Assembly (NCBI GenBank): GCA_964016885.1
Contig: OZ024744.1
Coordinates: 1,798,001-1,862,000 of the forward strand
DNA: 64,000 nucleotides
Source: Eledone cirrhosa
Lineage: Eukaryota
Direction: 5' to 3'
Below, piece by piece: positions 26,901 to 39,300 of this stretch; position 1 is the first letter of the stretch; the number at the start of each line of letters is the position of its first letter. The position numbers and the translations under genes were made by a program. Below the pieces are notes generated by a model. That model had not been told where the DNA came from. It ran no database searches and saw only the letters and a program-made list of their open reading frames with translations.

Positions 26901-29900
26901 CAAAACTTCGTTGTTCACCAAGCTATCTTTCTCTACCTTGTCTTCCCCCAAAACTTCGTTCTTCACCAAGCTATCTTTCTCTACCTTGTCTTCCCCAAAA
27001 CTTCGTTCTTCACCAAGCTATCTTTCTCTACCTTGTCTTCCCCCAAAACTTCGTTCTTCACCAAGCTATCTTTCTCTACCTTGTCTTCCCTCAAAACTTC
27101 GTTCTTCACCAAGCTATCTTTCTCTACATTGTCTTCCCCAAAACTTCGTTCTTCACCAAGCTATCTTTCTCTACCTTGTCTTCCCCCAAAACTTCGTTCT
27201 TCACCAAGCTATCTTTCTCTACCTTGTCTTCCCCCAAAACTTCGTTCTTCACCAAGCTATCTTTCTCTACCTTGTCTTCCCCCAAAACTTCGTTCTTCAC
27301 CAAGCTATCTTTCTCTACCTTGTCTTCCCACAAAACTTCGTTCTTCACCAAGCTATCTTTCTCTACCTTGTCTTCCCCCAAAACTTCGTTCTTCACCAAG
27401 TCATCTTTCTCTACCTTGTCATCCGTCAAAACTTCGTTCTTCACCAATCTATCTTTCTCTACCTTGTCTTCCCCCAAAACTTCGTTCTTCACCAAGCTAT
27501 CTTTCTCTAGCTTGTCTTCCCACAAAACGTCGTTCTTCACCAAGCTATCTTTCTCTACCTTGTCTTCCCTCAAAACGTCGTTCTTCACCAAGCTATCTTT
27601 CTCTACCTTGTCTTCCCTCAAAACATCGTTCTTCACCAAGCTATCTTTCTCTACCTTGTCTTCTCCCAAAACTTCGTTATTCACCAAGCTATCTTTCTCT
27701 ACCTTGTCTTCCCTCAAAACTTCGTTCTTCACCAAGCTATCTTTCTCTACTTTGTCTTCCCCCAAAACTTCGTTCTTCACCAAGCTATCTTTCTCTACCT
27801 TGTCTTCCCCCAAAACTTCGTTCTTCACCAAGCTATCTTTCTGTAGCTTGTCTTCACACAAAACTTCGTTCTTCACCAAGCTATCTTTCTCTACCTTGTC
27901 TTCCCACAAAACGTCATTCTTCACCAAGCTATCTTTCTCTACCTTGTCTTCCCTCAAAACGTCGTTCTTCACCAAGCTATCTTTCTCTACCTTGTCTTCC
28001 CTCAAAACATCGTTCTTCACCAAGCTATCTTTCTCTACCTTGTCTTCTCCCAAAACTTCGTTATTCACCAAGCTATCTTTCTCTACCTTGTCTTCCCTCA
28101 AAACTTCGTCCTTCACCAAGCTATCTTTCTATACCTTGTCTTCCCCCAAAACTTCGTTCTTCACCAAACTATCTTTCTCTACCTTGTCTTCCCCCAAAAC
28201 TTCGTTCTTCACCAAGCTATCTTTCTCTACCTTGTCTTCCCCCAAAACTTCGTTCTTCACCAAGTCATCTTTCTCTACCTTGTCATCCCTCAAAACTTCG
28301 TTCTTCACCAATCTATCTTTCTCTACCTTGTCTTCCCCCAAAACTTCGTTCTTCACCAAGCTATCTTTCTCTAGCTTGTCTTCCCACAAAACGTCGTTTT
28401 TCACCAAGCTATCTTTCTCTACCTTGTCTTCCCTCAAAACGTCGTTCTTCACCAAGCTATCTTTCTCTACCTTGTTTTCCCTCAAAACATCGTTCTTCAC
28501 CAAGCTATCTTTCTCTACCTTGTCTTCTCCCAAAACTTCGTTATTCACCAAGCTATCTTTCTCTACCTTGTCTTCCCTCAAAACTTCGTTCTTCACCAAG
28601 CTATCTTTCTCTACTTTGTCTTCCCCCAAAACTTCGTTCTTCACCAAGCTATCTTTCTCTACCTTGTCTTCCCCCAAAACTTCGTTCTTCACCAAGCTAT
28701 CTTTCTGTAGCTTGTCTTCACACAAATCTTCGTTCTTCACCAAGCTATCTTTCTCTACCTTGTCTTCCCACAAAACGTCATTCTTCACCAAGCTATCTTT
28801 CTCTACCTTGTCTTCCGTCAAAACTTCGTTCTTCACCAAGATATCTTTCTCTACCTTGTCTTCTCCCAAAACTTCGTTCTTCACCAAGCTATCTTTCTCT
28901 ACCTTGTCTTCCCTCAGAACTTCGTTCTTCAACAAGCTATCTTTCTCTACCTTGTCTTCCCCCCAAACTTCGTTCTTCACCAAGCTATCTTTCTCTACAT
29001 TGTCCTCCCCAAAACTTCGTTCTTCACCAAGCTATCTTTCTCTACCTTGTCTTCCCTCAAAACGTCGTTCTTCACCAAGCTATCCTTCTCTACCTTGTCT
29101 TCTCCCAAAACTTCGTTATTCACCAAGCTATCTTTCTCTACCTTGTCTTCCCTCAAACCTTCGTTCTTCACCAAGCTATCTTTCTCTACCTTGTCTTCCC
29201 CCAAAACTTCGTTCTTCACCAAGCTATCTTTCTCTACATTGTCTTCCCCAAAACTTCGTTCTTCACCAAGCTATCTTTCTCTACCTTGTCTTCCCCCAAA
29301 ACTTCGTTGTTCACCAAGCTATCTTTCTCTACCTTGTCTTCCCCCAAAACTTCGTTATTCACCAAGCTATCTTTCTCTACCTTGTCTTCTTCAAAACTTC
29401 GTTCTTCACCAAGCTATCTTTCTCTACCTTGACTTCCCCCAAAACTTCGTTCTTCACCAAGCTATCTTTCTCTACCTTGTCTTCCCCCAAAACTTCGTTC
29501 TTCACCAAGCTATCTTTCTCTACCTTGTCTTCCCCCAAAACTTCGTTCTTCACCAAGCTATCTTTCTCTACCTTGTCTTCCCACAAAACTTCGTTCTTCA
29601 CCAAGCTATCTTTCTCTACCTTGTCTTCCCACAAAACGTCGTTCTTCACCAAGCTATCTTTCTCTACCTTGTCTTCCCTCAAAACTTCGTTCTTCACCAA
29701 GCTATCTTTCTCTACATTGTCTTCCCCAAAACTTCGTTCTTCACCAAGCTATCTTTCTCTACCTTGTCTTCCCCCAAAACTTCGTTCTTCACCAAGCTAT
29801 CTTTCTCTACCTTGTCTTCCCCCAAAACTTCGTTCTTCACCAAGCTATCTTTCTCTACCTTGTCTTCCCCCAAAACTTCGTTCTTCACCAAGCTATCTTT

Positions 29901-32900
29901 CTCTACCTTGTATTCCCACAAAACTTCGTTCTTCACCAAGCTATCTTTCTCTACCTTGTCTTCCCTCAAAACGTCGTTCTTCACCAAGCTATCTTTCTCT
30001 ACATTGTCTTCCCCAAAACTTCGTTCTTCACCAAGCTATCTTTCTCTACCTTGTCTTCCCCCAAAACTTCATTGTTCACCAAGCTATCTTTCTCTACCTT
30101 GTCTTCCCACAAAACTTCGTTCTTCACCAAGCTATCTTTCTCTACCTTGTCTTCCCACAAAACGTCGTTCTTCACCAAGCTATCTTTCTCTACCTTGTCT
30201 TCCCTCAAAACTTCGTTCTTCACCAAGCTATCTTTCTCTACATTGTCTTCCCCAAACTTCGTTCTTCACCAAGCTATCTTTCTCTACCTTGTCTTCCCCC
30301 AAAACTTCGTTCTTCACCAAGCTATCTTTCTCTACCTTGTCTTCCCCCAAAACTTCGTTCTTCACCAAGCTATCTTTCTCTACCTTGTCTTCCCCCAAAA
30401 CTTCGTTCTTCACCAAGCTATCTTTCTCTACCTTGTCTTCCCACAAAACTTCGTTCTTCACCAAGCTATCTTTCTCTACCTTGTCTTCCCCCAAAACTTC
30501 GTTCTTCACCAAGTCATCTTTCTCTACCTTGTCATCCCTCAAAACTTCGTTCTTCACCAATCTATCTTTCTCTACCTTGTCTTCCCCCAAAACTTCGTTC
30601 TTCACCAAGCTATCTTTCTCTAGCTTGTCTTCCCACAAAACGTCGTTCTTCACCAAGCTATCTTTCTCTACCTTGTCTTCCCTCAAAACGTCGTTCTTCA
30701 CCAAGCTATCTTTCTCTACCTTGTCTTCCCTCAAAACATCGTTCTTCACCAAGCTATCTTTCTCTACCTTGTCTTCTCCCAAAACTTCGTTATTCACCAA
30801 GCTATCTTTCTCTACCTTGTCTTCCCTCAAAACTTCGTTCTTCACCAAGCTATCTTTCTCTACTTTGTCTTCCCCCAAAACTTCGTTCTTCACCAAGCTA
30901 TCTTTCTCTACCTTGTCTTCCCCCAAAACTTCGTTCTTCACCAAGCTATCTTTCTGTAGCTTGTCTTCACACAAAACTTCGTTCTTCACCAAGCTATCTT
31001 TCTCTACCTTGTCTTCCGTCAAAACCTCGTTCTTCACCAAGATATCTTTCTCTACCTTGTCTTCTCCCAAAACTTCGTTCTTCACCAAGCTATCTTTCTC
31101 TACCTTGTCTTCCCTCAGAACTTCGTTCTTCAACAAGCTATCTTTCTCTACCTTGTCTTCCCCCCAAACTTCGTTCTTCACCAAGCTATCTTTCTCTACA
31201 TTGTCCTCCCCAAAACTTCGTTCTTCACCAAGCTATCTTTCTCTACCTTGTCTTCCCTCAAAACGTCGTTCTTCACCAAGCTATCCTTCTCTACCTTGTC
31301 TTCTCCCAAAACTTCGTTATTCACCAAGCTATCTTTCTCTACCTTGTCTTCCCTCAAACCTTCGTTCTTCACCAAGCTATCTTTCTCTACCTTGTCTTCC
31401 CCCAAAACTTCGTTCTTCACCAAGCTATCTTTCTCTACATTGTCTTCCCCAAAACTTCGTTCTTCACCAAGCTATCTTTCTCTACCTTGTCTTCCCCCAA
31501 AACTTCGTTGTTCACCAAGCTATCTTTCTCTACCTTGTCTTCCCCCAAAACTTCGTTCTTCACCAAGCTATCTTTCTCTACCTTGTCTTCCCCCAAAACT
31601 TCGTTCTTCACCAAGCTATCTTTCTCTACCTTGTCTTCCCCCAAAACTTCGTTCTTCACCAAGCTATCTTTCTCTACCTTGTCTTCCCACAAAACGTCGT
31701 TCTTCACCAAGCTATCTTTCTATACCTTGTCTTCCCCCAAAACTTCGTTCTTCACCAAACTATCTTTCTCTACCTTGTCTTCCCCCAAAACTTCGTTCTT
31801 CACCAAGCTATCTTTCTCTACCTTGTCTTCCCCCAAAACTTCGTTCTTCACCAAGTCATCTTTCTCTACCTTGTCATCCCTCAAAACTTCGTTCTTCACC
31901 AATCTATCTTTCTCTACCTTGTCTTCCCCCAAAACTTCGTTCTTCACCAAGCTATCTTTCTCTAGCTTGTCTTCCCACAAAACGTCGTTCTTCACCAAGC
32001 TATCTTTCTCTACCTTGTCTTCCCTCAAAACGTCGTTCTTCACCAAGCTATCTTTCTCTACCTTGTTTTCCCTCAAAACATCGTTCTTCACCAAGCTATC
32101 TTTCTCTACCTTGTCTTCTCCCAAAACTTCGTTATTCACCAAGCTATCTTTCTCTACCTTGTCTTCCCTCAAAACTTCGTTCTTCACCAAGCTATCTTTC
32201 TCTACTTTGTCTTCCCCCAAAACTTCGTTCTTCACCAAGCTATCTTTCTCTACCTTGTCTTCCCCCAAAACTTCGTTCTTCACCAAGCTATCTTTCTGTA
32301 GCTTGTCTTCACACAAATCTTCGTTCTTCACCAAGCTATCTTTCTCTACCTTGTCTTCCCACAAAACGTCATTCTTCACCAAGCTATCTTTCACTACCTT
32401 GTCTTCCGTCAAAACTTCGTTCTTCACCAAGATATCTTTCTCTACCTTGTCTTCTCCCAAAACTTCGTTCTTCACCAAGCTATCTTTCTCTACCTTGTCT
32501 TCCCTCAGAACTTCGTTCTTCAACAAGCTATCTTTCTCTACCTTGTCTTCCCCCCAAACTTCGTTCTTCACCAAGCTATCTTTCTCTACATTGTCCTCCC
32601 CAAAACTTCGTTCTTCACCAAGCTATCTTTCTCTACCTTGTCTTCCCTCAAAACGTCGTTCTTCACCAAGCTATCCTTCTCTACCTTGTCTTCTCCCAAA
32701 ACTTCGTTATTCACCAAGCTATCTTTCTCTACCTTGTCTTCCCTCAAACCTTCGTTCTTCACCAAGCTATCTTTCTCTACCTTGTCTTCCCCCAAAACTT
32801 CGTTCTTCACCAAGCTATCTTTCTCTACATTGTCTTCCCCAAAACTTCGTTCTTCACCAAGCTATCTTTCTCTACCTTGTCTTCCCCCAAAACTTCGTTG

Positions 32901-35500
32901 TTCACCAAGCTATCTTTCTCTACCTTGTCTTCCCCCAAAACTTCGTTATTCACCAAGCTATCTTTCTCTACCTTGTCTTCTTCAAAACTTCGTTCTTCAC
33001 CAAGCTATCTTTCTCTACCTTGTCTTCCCCCAAAACTTCGTTCTTCACCAAGCTATCTTTCTCTACCTTGTCTTCCCACAAAACTTCGTTCTTCACCAAG
33101 CTATCTTTCTCTACCTTGTCTTCCCACAAAACGTCGTTCTTCACCAAGCTATCTTTCTCTACCTTGTCTTCCCTCAAAACTTCGTTCTTCACCAAGCTAT
33201 CTTTCTCTACATTGTCTTCCCCAAAACTTCGTTCTTCACCAAGCTATCTTTCTCTACCTTGTCTTCCCCCAAAACTTCGTTCTTCACCAAGCTATCTTTC
33301 TCTACCTTGTCTTCCCCCAAAACTTCGTTCTTCACCAAGCTATCTTTCTCTACCTTGTCTTCCCCCAAAACTTCGTTCTTCACCAAGCTATCTTTCTCTA
33401 CCTTGTATTCCCACAAAACTTCGTTCTTCACCAAGCTATCTTTCTCTACCTTGTCTTCCCTCAAAACGTCGTTCTTCACCAAGCTATCTTTCTCTACATT
33501 GTCTTCCCCAAAACTTCGTTCTTCACCAAGCTATCTTTCTCTACCTTGTCTTCCCCCAAAACTTCATTGTTCACCAAGCTATCTTTCTCTACCTTGTCTT
33601 CCCACAAAACTTCGTTCTTCACCAAGCTATCTTTCTCTACCTTGTCTTCCCACAAAACGTCGTTCTTCACCAAGCTATCTTTCTCTACCTTGTCTTCCCT
33701 CAAAACTTCGTTCTTCACCAAGCTATCTTTCTCTACATTGTCTTCCCCAAACTTCGTTCTTCACCAAGCTATCTTTCTCTACCTTGTCTTCCCCCAAAAC
33801 TTCGTTCTTCACCAAGCTATCTTTCTCTACCTTGTCTTCCCCCAAAACTTCGTTCTTCACCAAGCTATCTTTCTCTACCTTGTCTTCCCCCAAAACTTCG
33901 TTCTTCACCAAGCTATCTTTCTCTACCTTGTCTTCCCACAAAACTTCGTTCTTCACCAAGCTATCTTTCTCTACCTTGTCTTCCCCCAAAACTTCGTTCT
34001 TCACCAAGTCATCTTTCTCTACCTTGTCATCCCTCAAAACTTCGTTCTTCACCAATCTATCTTTCTCTACCTTGTCTTCCCCCAAAACTTCGTTCTTCAC
34101 CAAGCTATCTTTCTCTAGCTTGTCTTCCCACAAAACGTCGTTCTTCACCAAGCTATCTTTCTCTACCTTGTCTTCCCTCAAAACGTCGTTCTTCACCAAG
34201 CTATCTTTCTCTACCTTGTCTTCCCTCAAAACATCGTTCTTCACCAAGCTATCTTTCTCTACCTTGTCTTCTCCCAAAACTTCGTTATTCACCAAGCTAT
34301 CTTTCTCTACCTTGTCTTCCCTCAAAACTTCGTTCTTCACCAAGCTATCTTTCTCTACTTTGTCTTCCCCCAAAACTTCGTTCTTCACCAAGCTATCTTT
34401 CTCTACCTTGTCTTCCCCCAAAACTTCGTTCTTCACCAAGCTATCTTTCTCTACCTTGTCTTCCGTCAAAACCTCGTTCTTCACCAAGATATCTTTCTCT
34501 ACCTTGTCTTCTCCCAAAACTTCGTTCTTCACCAAGCTATCTTTCTCTACCTTGTCTTCCCTCAGAACTTCGTTCTTCAACAAGCTATCTTTCTCTACCT
34601 TGTCTTCCCCCCAAACTTCGTTCTTCACCAAGCTATCTTTCTCTACATTGTCCTCCCCAAAACTTCGTTCTTCACCAAGCTATCTTTCTCTACCTTGTCT
34701 TCCCTCAAAACGTCGTTCTTCACCAAGCTATCCTTCTCTACCTTGTCTTCTCCCAAAACTTCGTTATTCACCAAGCTATCTTTCTCTACCTTGTCTTCCC
34801 TCAAACCTTCGTTCTTCACCAAGCTATCTTTCTCTACCTTGTCTTCCCCCAAAACTTCGTTCTTCACCAAGCTATCTTTCTCTACATTGTCTTCCCCAAA
34901 ACTTCGTTCTTCACCAAGCTATCTTTCTCTACCTTGTCTTCCCCCAAAACTTCGTTGTTCACCAAGCTATCTTTCTCTACCTTGTCTTCCCCCAAAACTT
35001 CGTTCTTCACCAAGCTATCTTTCTCTACCTTGTCTTCCCCCAAAACTTCGTTCTTCACCAAGCTATCTTTCTCTACCTTGTCTTCCCCCAAAACTTCGTT
35101 CTTCACCAAGCTATCTTTCTCTACCTTGTCTTCCCCCAAAACTTCGTTCTTCACCAAGCTATCTTTCTCTACCTTGTCTTCCCCCAAAACTTCATTGTTC
35201 ACCAAGCTATCTTTCTCTACCTTGTCTTCCCACAAAACTTCGTTCTTCACCAAGCTATCTTTCTCTACCTTGTCTTCCCACAAAACGTCGTTCTTCACCA
35301 AGCTATCTTTCTCTACCTTGTCTTCCCTCAAAACTTCGTTCTTCACCAAGCTATCTTTCTCTACATTGTCTTCCCCAAAACTTCGTTCTTCACCAAGCTA
35401 TCTTTCTCTACCTTGTCTTCCCCCAAAACTTCGTTCTTCACCAAGCTATCTTTCTCTACCTTGTCTTCCCCCAAAACTTCGTTCTTCACCAAGCTATCTT
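13680..35500. repeat. Large tandem duplication of a roughly 9.4-kb unit (about 13.7-26.0 kb vs about 26.1-35.5 kb), left copy carrying an extra 2,969-bp internal duplication
   Basis: Offset is 12,402 in the left part (14722/27124, 15727/28129, 16975/29377; private GTCATCCGTC at ~15016/~27418). Offset is 9,481 or 9,433 in the right part (20747/30228, 21767/31248, 24242/33723, 25928/35361). 12,402 = 9,433 + 2,969. Confidence 0.8.
15190..21100. repeat. 2,969-bp (62-monomer) tandem duplication
   Basis: ORF pairs 15727/18696, 16593/19562 and 16975/19944 share an offset of 2,969. The offset becomes 2,921 after a one-monomer difference (17826/20747). Confidence 0.85.
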
Positions 35501-36399
35501 TCTCTACCTTGTCTTCCCCCAAAACTTCGTTCTTCACCAAGCTATCTTTCTCTACCTTGTCTTCCCACAAAACTTCGTTCTTCACCAAGCTATCTTTCTC
35601 TACCTTGTCTTCCCCCAAAACTTCGTTCTTCACCAAGTCATCTTTCTCTACCTTGTCATCCCTCAAAACTTCGTTCTTCACCAATCTATCTTTCTCTACC
35701 TTGTCTTCCCCCAAAACTTCGTTCTTCACCAAGCTATCTTTCTGTAGCTTGTCTTCACACAAATCTTCGTTCTTCACCAAGCTATCTTTCTCTACCTTGT
35801 CTTCCCACAAAACGTCATTCTTCACCAAGCTATCTTTCTCTACCTTGTCTTCCGTCAAAACTTCGTTCTTCACCAAGATATCTTTCTCTACCTTGTCTTC
35901 TCCCAAAACTTCGTTCTTCACCAAGCTATCTTTCTCTACCTTGTCTTCCCTCAGAACTTCGTTCTTCAACAAGCTATCTTTCTCTACCTTGTCTTCCCCC
36001 CAAACTTCGTTCTTCACCAAGCTATCTTTCTCTACATTGTCCTCCCCAAAACTTCGTTCTTCACCAAGCTATCTTTCTCTACCTTGTCTTCCCTCAAAAC
36101 GTCGTTCTTCACCAAGCTATCCTTCTCTACCTTGTCTTCTCCCAAAACTTCGTTATTCACCAAGCTATCTTTCTCTACCTTGTCTTCCCTCAAACCTTCG
36201 TTCTTCACCAAGCTATCTTTCTCTACCTTGTCTTCCCCCAAAACTTCGTTCTTCACCAAGCTATCTTTCTCTACATTGTCTTCCCCAAAACTTCGTTCTT
36301 CACCAAGCTATCTTTCTCTACCTTGTCTTCCCCCAAAACTTCGTTGTTCACCAAGCTATCTTTCTCTACCTTGTCTTCAACCAAAACTTCGTTCTTCAC

Positions 36400-39300
36400 C
36401 AAGCTATCTTTCTCTACCTTGTCTTCCTCAAAACTTCGTTCTTCACCAAGCTATCTTTCTCTACCTTGTCTTCCCCCAAAACTTCGTTCTTCACCAAGCT
36501 ATCTTTCTCTACCTTGTCTTCCCCCAAAACTTCGTTCTTCACCAAGCTATCTTTCTCTAGCTTGTCTTCCCACAAAACGTCGTTCTTCACCAAGCTATCT
36601 TTCTCTACCTTGTCTTCCCTCAAAACGTCGTTCTTCACCAAGCTATCTTTCTCTACCTTGTCTTCCCTCAAAACATCGTTCTTCACCAAGCTATCTTTCT
36701 CTACCTTGTCTTCTCCCAAAACTTCGTTATTCACCAAGCTATCTTTCTCTACCTTGTCTTCCCTCAAAACTTCGTTCTTCACCAAGCTATCTTTCTCTAC
36801 TTTGTCTTCCCCCAAAACTTCGTTCTTCACCAAGCTATCTTTCTCTACCTTGTCTTCCCCCAAAACTTCGTTCTTCACCAAGCTATCTTTCTGTAGCTTG
36901 TCTTCACACAAAACTTCGTTCTTCACCAAGCTATCTTTCTCTACCTTGTCTTCCCACAAAACGTCATTCTTCACCAAGCTATCTTTCTCTACCTTGTCTT
37001 CCCTCAAAACGTCGTTCTTCACCAAGCTATCTTTCTCTACCTTGTCTTCCCTCAAAACATCGTTCTTCACCAAGCTATCTTTCTCTACCTTGTCTTCTCC
37101 CAAAACTTCGTTATTCACCAAGCTATCTTTCTCTACCTTGTCTTCCCTCAAAACTTCGTTCTTCACCAAGCTATCTTTCTCTACTTTGTCTTCCCCCAAA
37201 ACTTCGTTCTTCACCAAGCTATCTTTCTCTACCTTGTCTTCCCCCAAAACTTCGTTCTTCACCAAGCTATCTTTCTGTAGCTTGTCTTCACACAAAACTT
37301 CGTTCTTCACCAAGCTATCTTTCTCTACCTTGTCTTCCCCCAAAACTTCGTTCTTCACCAAGCTATCTTTCTCTACCTTGTCTTCCCACAAAACTTCGTT
37401 CTTCACCAAGCTATCTTTCTCTACGTTGTCTTCCCTCAAAACGTCGTTCTTCACCAAGCTATCTTTCTTTACCTTGTCTTCTCCCAAAACTTCGTTATTC
37501 ACCAAGCTATCTTTCTCTACCTTGTCTTCCCTCAAACCTTCGTTCTTCATCAAGCTATCTTTCTCTACCTTGTCTTCCCCCAAAACTCCGTTCTTCACCA
37601 AGCTATCTTTCCCTAGCTTGTCTTCCCACAAAACGTCGTTCTTCACCAAGCTATCTTTCTCTACCTTGTCTTCCCTCAAAACGTCGTTCTTCACCAAGCT
37701 ATCTTTCTCTACCTTGTTTTCCCTCAAAACATCGTTCTTCACCAAGCTATCTTTCTCTACCTTGTCTTCTCCCAAAACTTCGTTATTCACCAAGCTATCT
37801 TTCTCTACCTTGTCTTCCCTCAAAACTTCGTTCTTCACCAAGCTATCTTTCTCTACTTTGTCTTCCCCCAAAACTTCGTTCTTCACCAAGCTATCTTTCT
37901 CTACCTTGTCTTCCCCCAAAACTTCGTTCTTCACCAAGCTATCTTTCTGTAGCTTGTCTTCACACAAATCTTCGTTCTTCACCAAGCTATCTTTCTCTAC
38001 CTTGTCTTCCCACAAAACGTCATTCTTCACCAAGCTATCTTTCTCTACCTTGTCTTCCGTCAAAACTTCGTTCTTCACCAAGATATCTTTCTCTACCTTG
38101 TCTTCTCCCAAAACTTCGTTCTTCACCAAGCTATCTTTCTCTACCTTGTCTTCCCTCAGAACTTCGTTCTTCAACAAGCTATCTTTCTCTACCTTGTCTT
38201 CCCCCAAACTTCGTTCTTCACCAAGCTATCTTTCTCTACATTGTCCTCCCCAAAACTTCGTTCTTCACCAAGCTATCTTTCTCTACCTTGTCTTCCGTCA
38301 AAACGTCGTTCTTCACCAAGCTATCCTTCTCTACCTTGTCTTCTCCCAAAACTTCGTTATTCACCAAGCTATCTTTCTCTACCTTGTCTTCCCTCAAACC
38401 TTCGTTCTTCACCAAGCTATCTTTCTCTACCTTGTCTTCCCCCAAAACTTCGTTCTTCACCAAGCTATCTTTCTCTACATTGTCTTCCCCAAAACTTCGT
38501 TCTTCACCAAGCTATCTTTCTCTACCTTGTCTTCCCCCAAAACTTCGTTGTTCACCAAGCTATCTTTCTCTACCTTGTCTTCAACCAAAACTTCGTTCTT
38601 CACCAAGCTATCTTTCTCTACCTTGTCTTCCCCAAAACTTCGTTCTTCACCAAGCTATCTTTCTCTACCTTGTCTTCCCCCAAAACTTCGTTCTTCACCA
38701 AGCTATCTTTCTCTACCTTGTCTTCCCCCAAAACTTCGTTCTTCACCAAGCTATCTTTCTCTACCTTGTCTTCCCCCAAAACTTCGTTCTTCACCAAGCT
38801 ATCTTTCTCTACCTTGTCTTCCCACAAAACTTCGTTCTTCACCAAGCTATCTTTCTCTACCTTGTCTTCCCACAAAACGTCGTTCTTCACCAAGCTATCT
38901 TTCTCTACCTTGTCTTCCCTCAAAACTTCGTTCTTCACCAAGCTATCTTTCTCTACATTGTCTTCCCCAAAACTTCGTTCTTCACCAAGCTATCTTTCTC
39001 TACCTTGTCTTCCCCCAAAACTTCGTTCTTCACCAAGCTATCTTTCTCTACCTTGTCTTCCCCCAAAACTTCGTTCTTCACCAAGCTATCTTTCTCTACC
39101 TTGTCTTCCCCCAAAACTTCGTTCTTCACCAAGCTATCTTTCTCTACCTTGTATTCCCACAAAACTTCGTTCTTCACCAAGCTATCTTTCTCTACCTTGT
39201 CTTCCCTCAAAACGTCGTTCTTCACCAAGCTATCTTTCTCTACATTGTCTTCCCCAAAACTTCGTTCTTCACCAAGCTATCTTTCTCTACCTTGTCTTCC

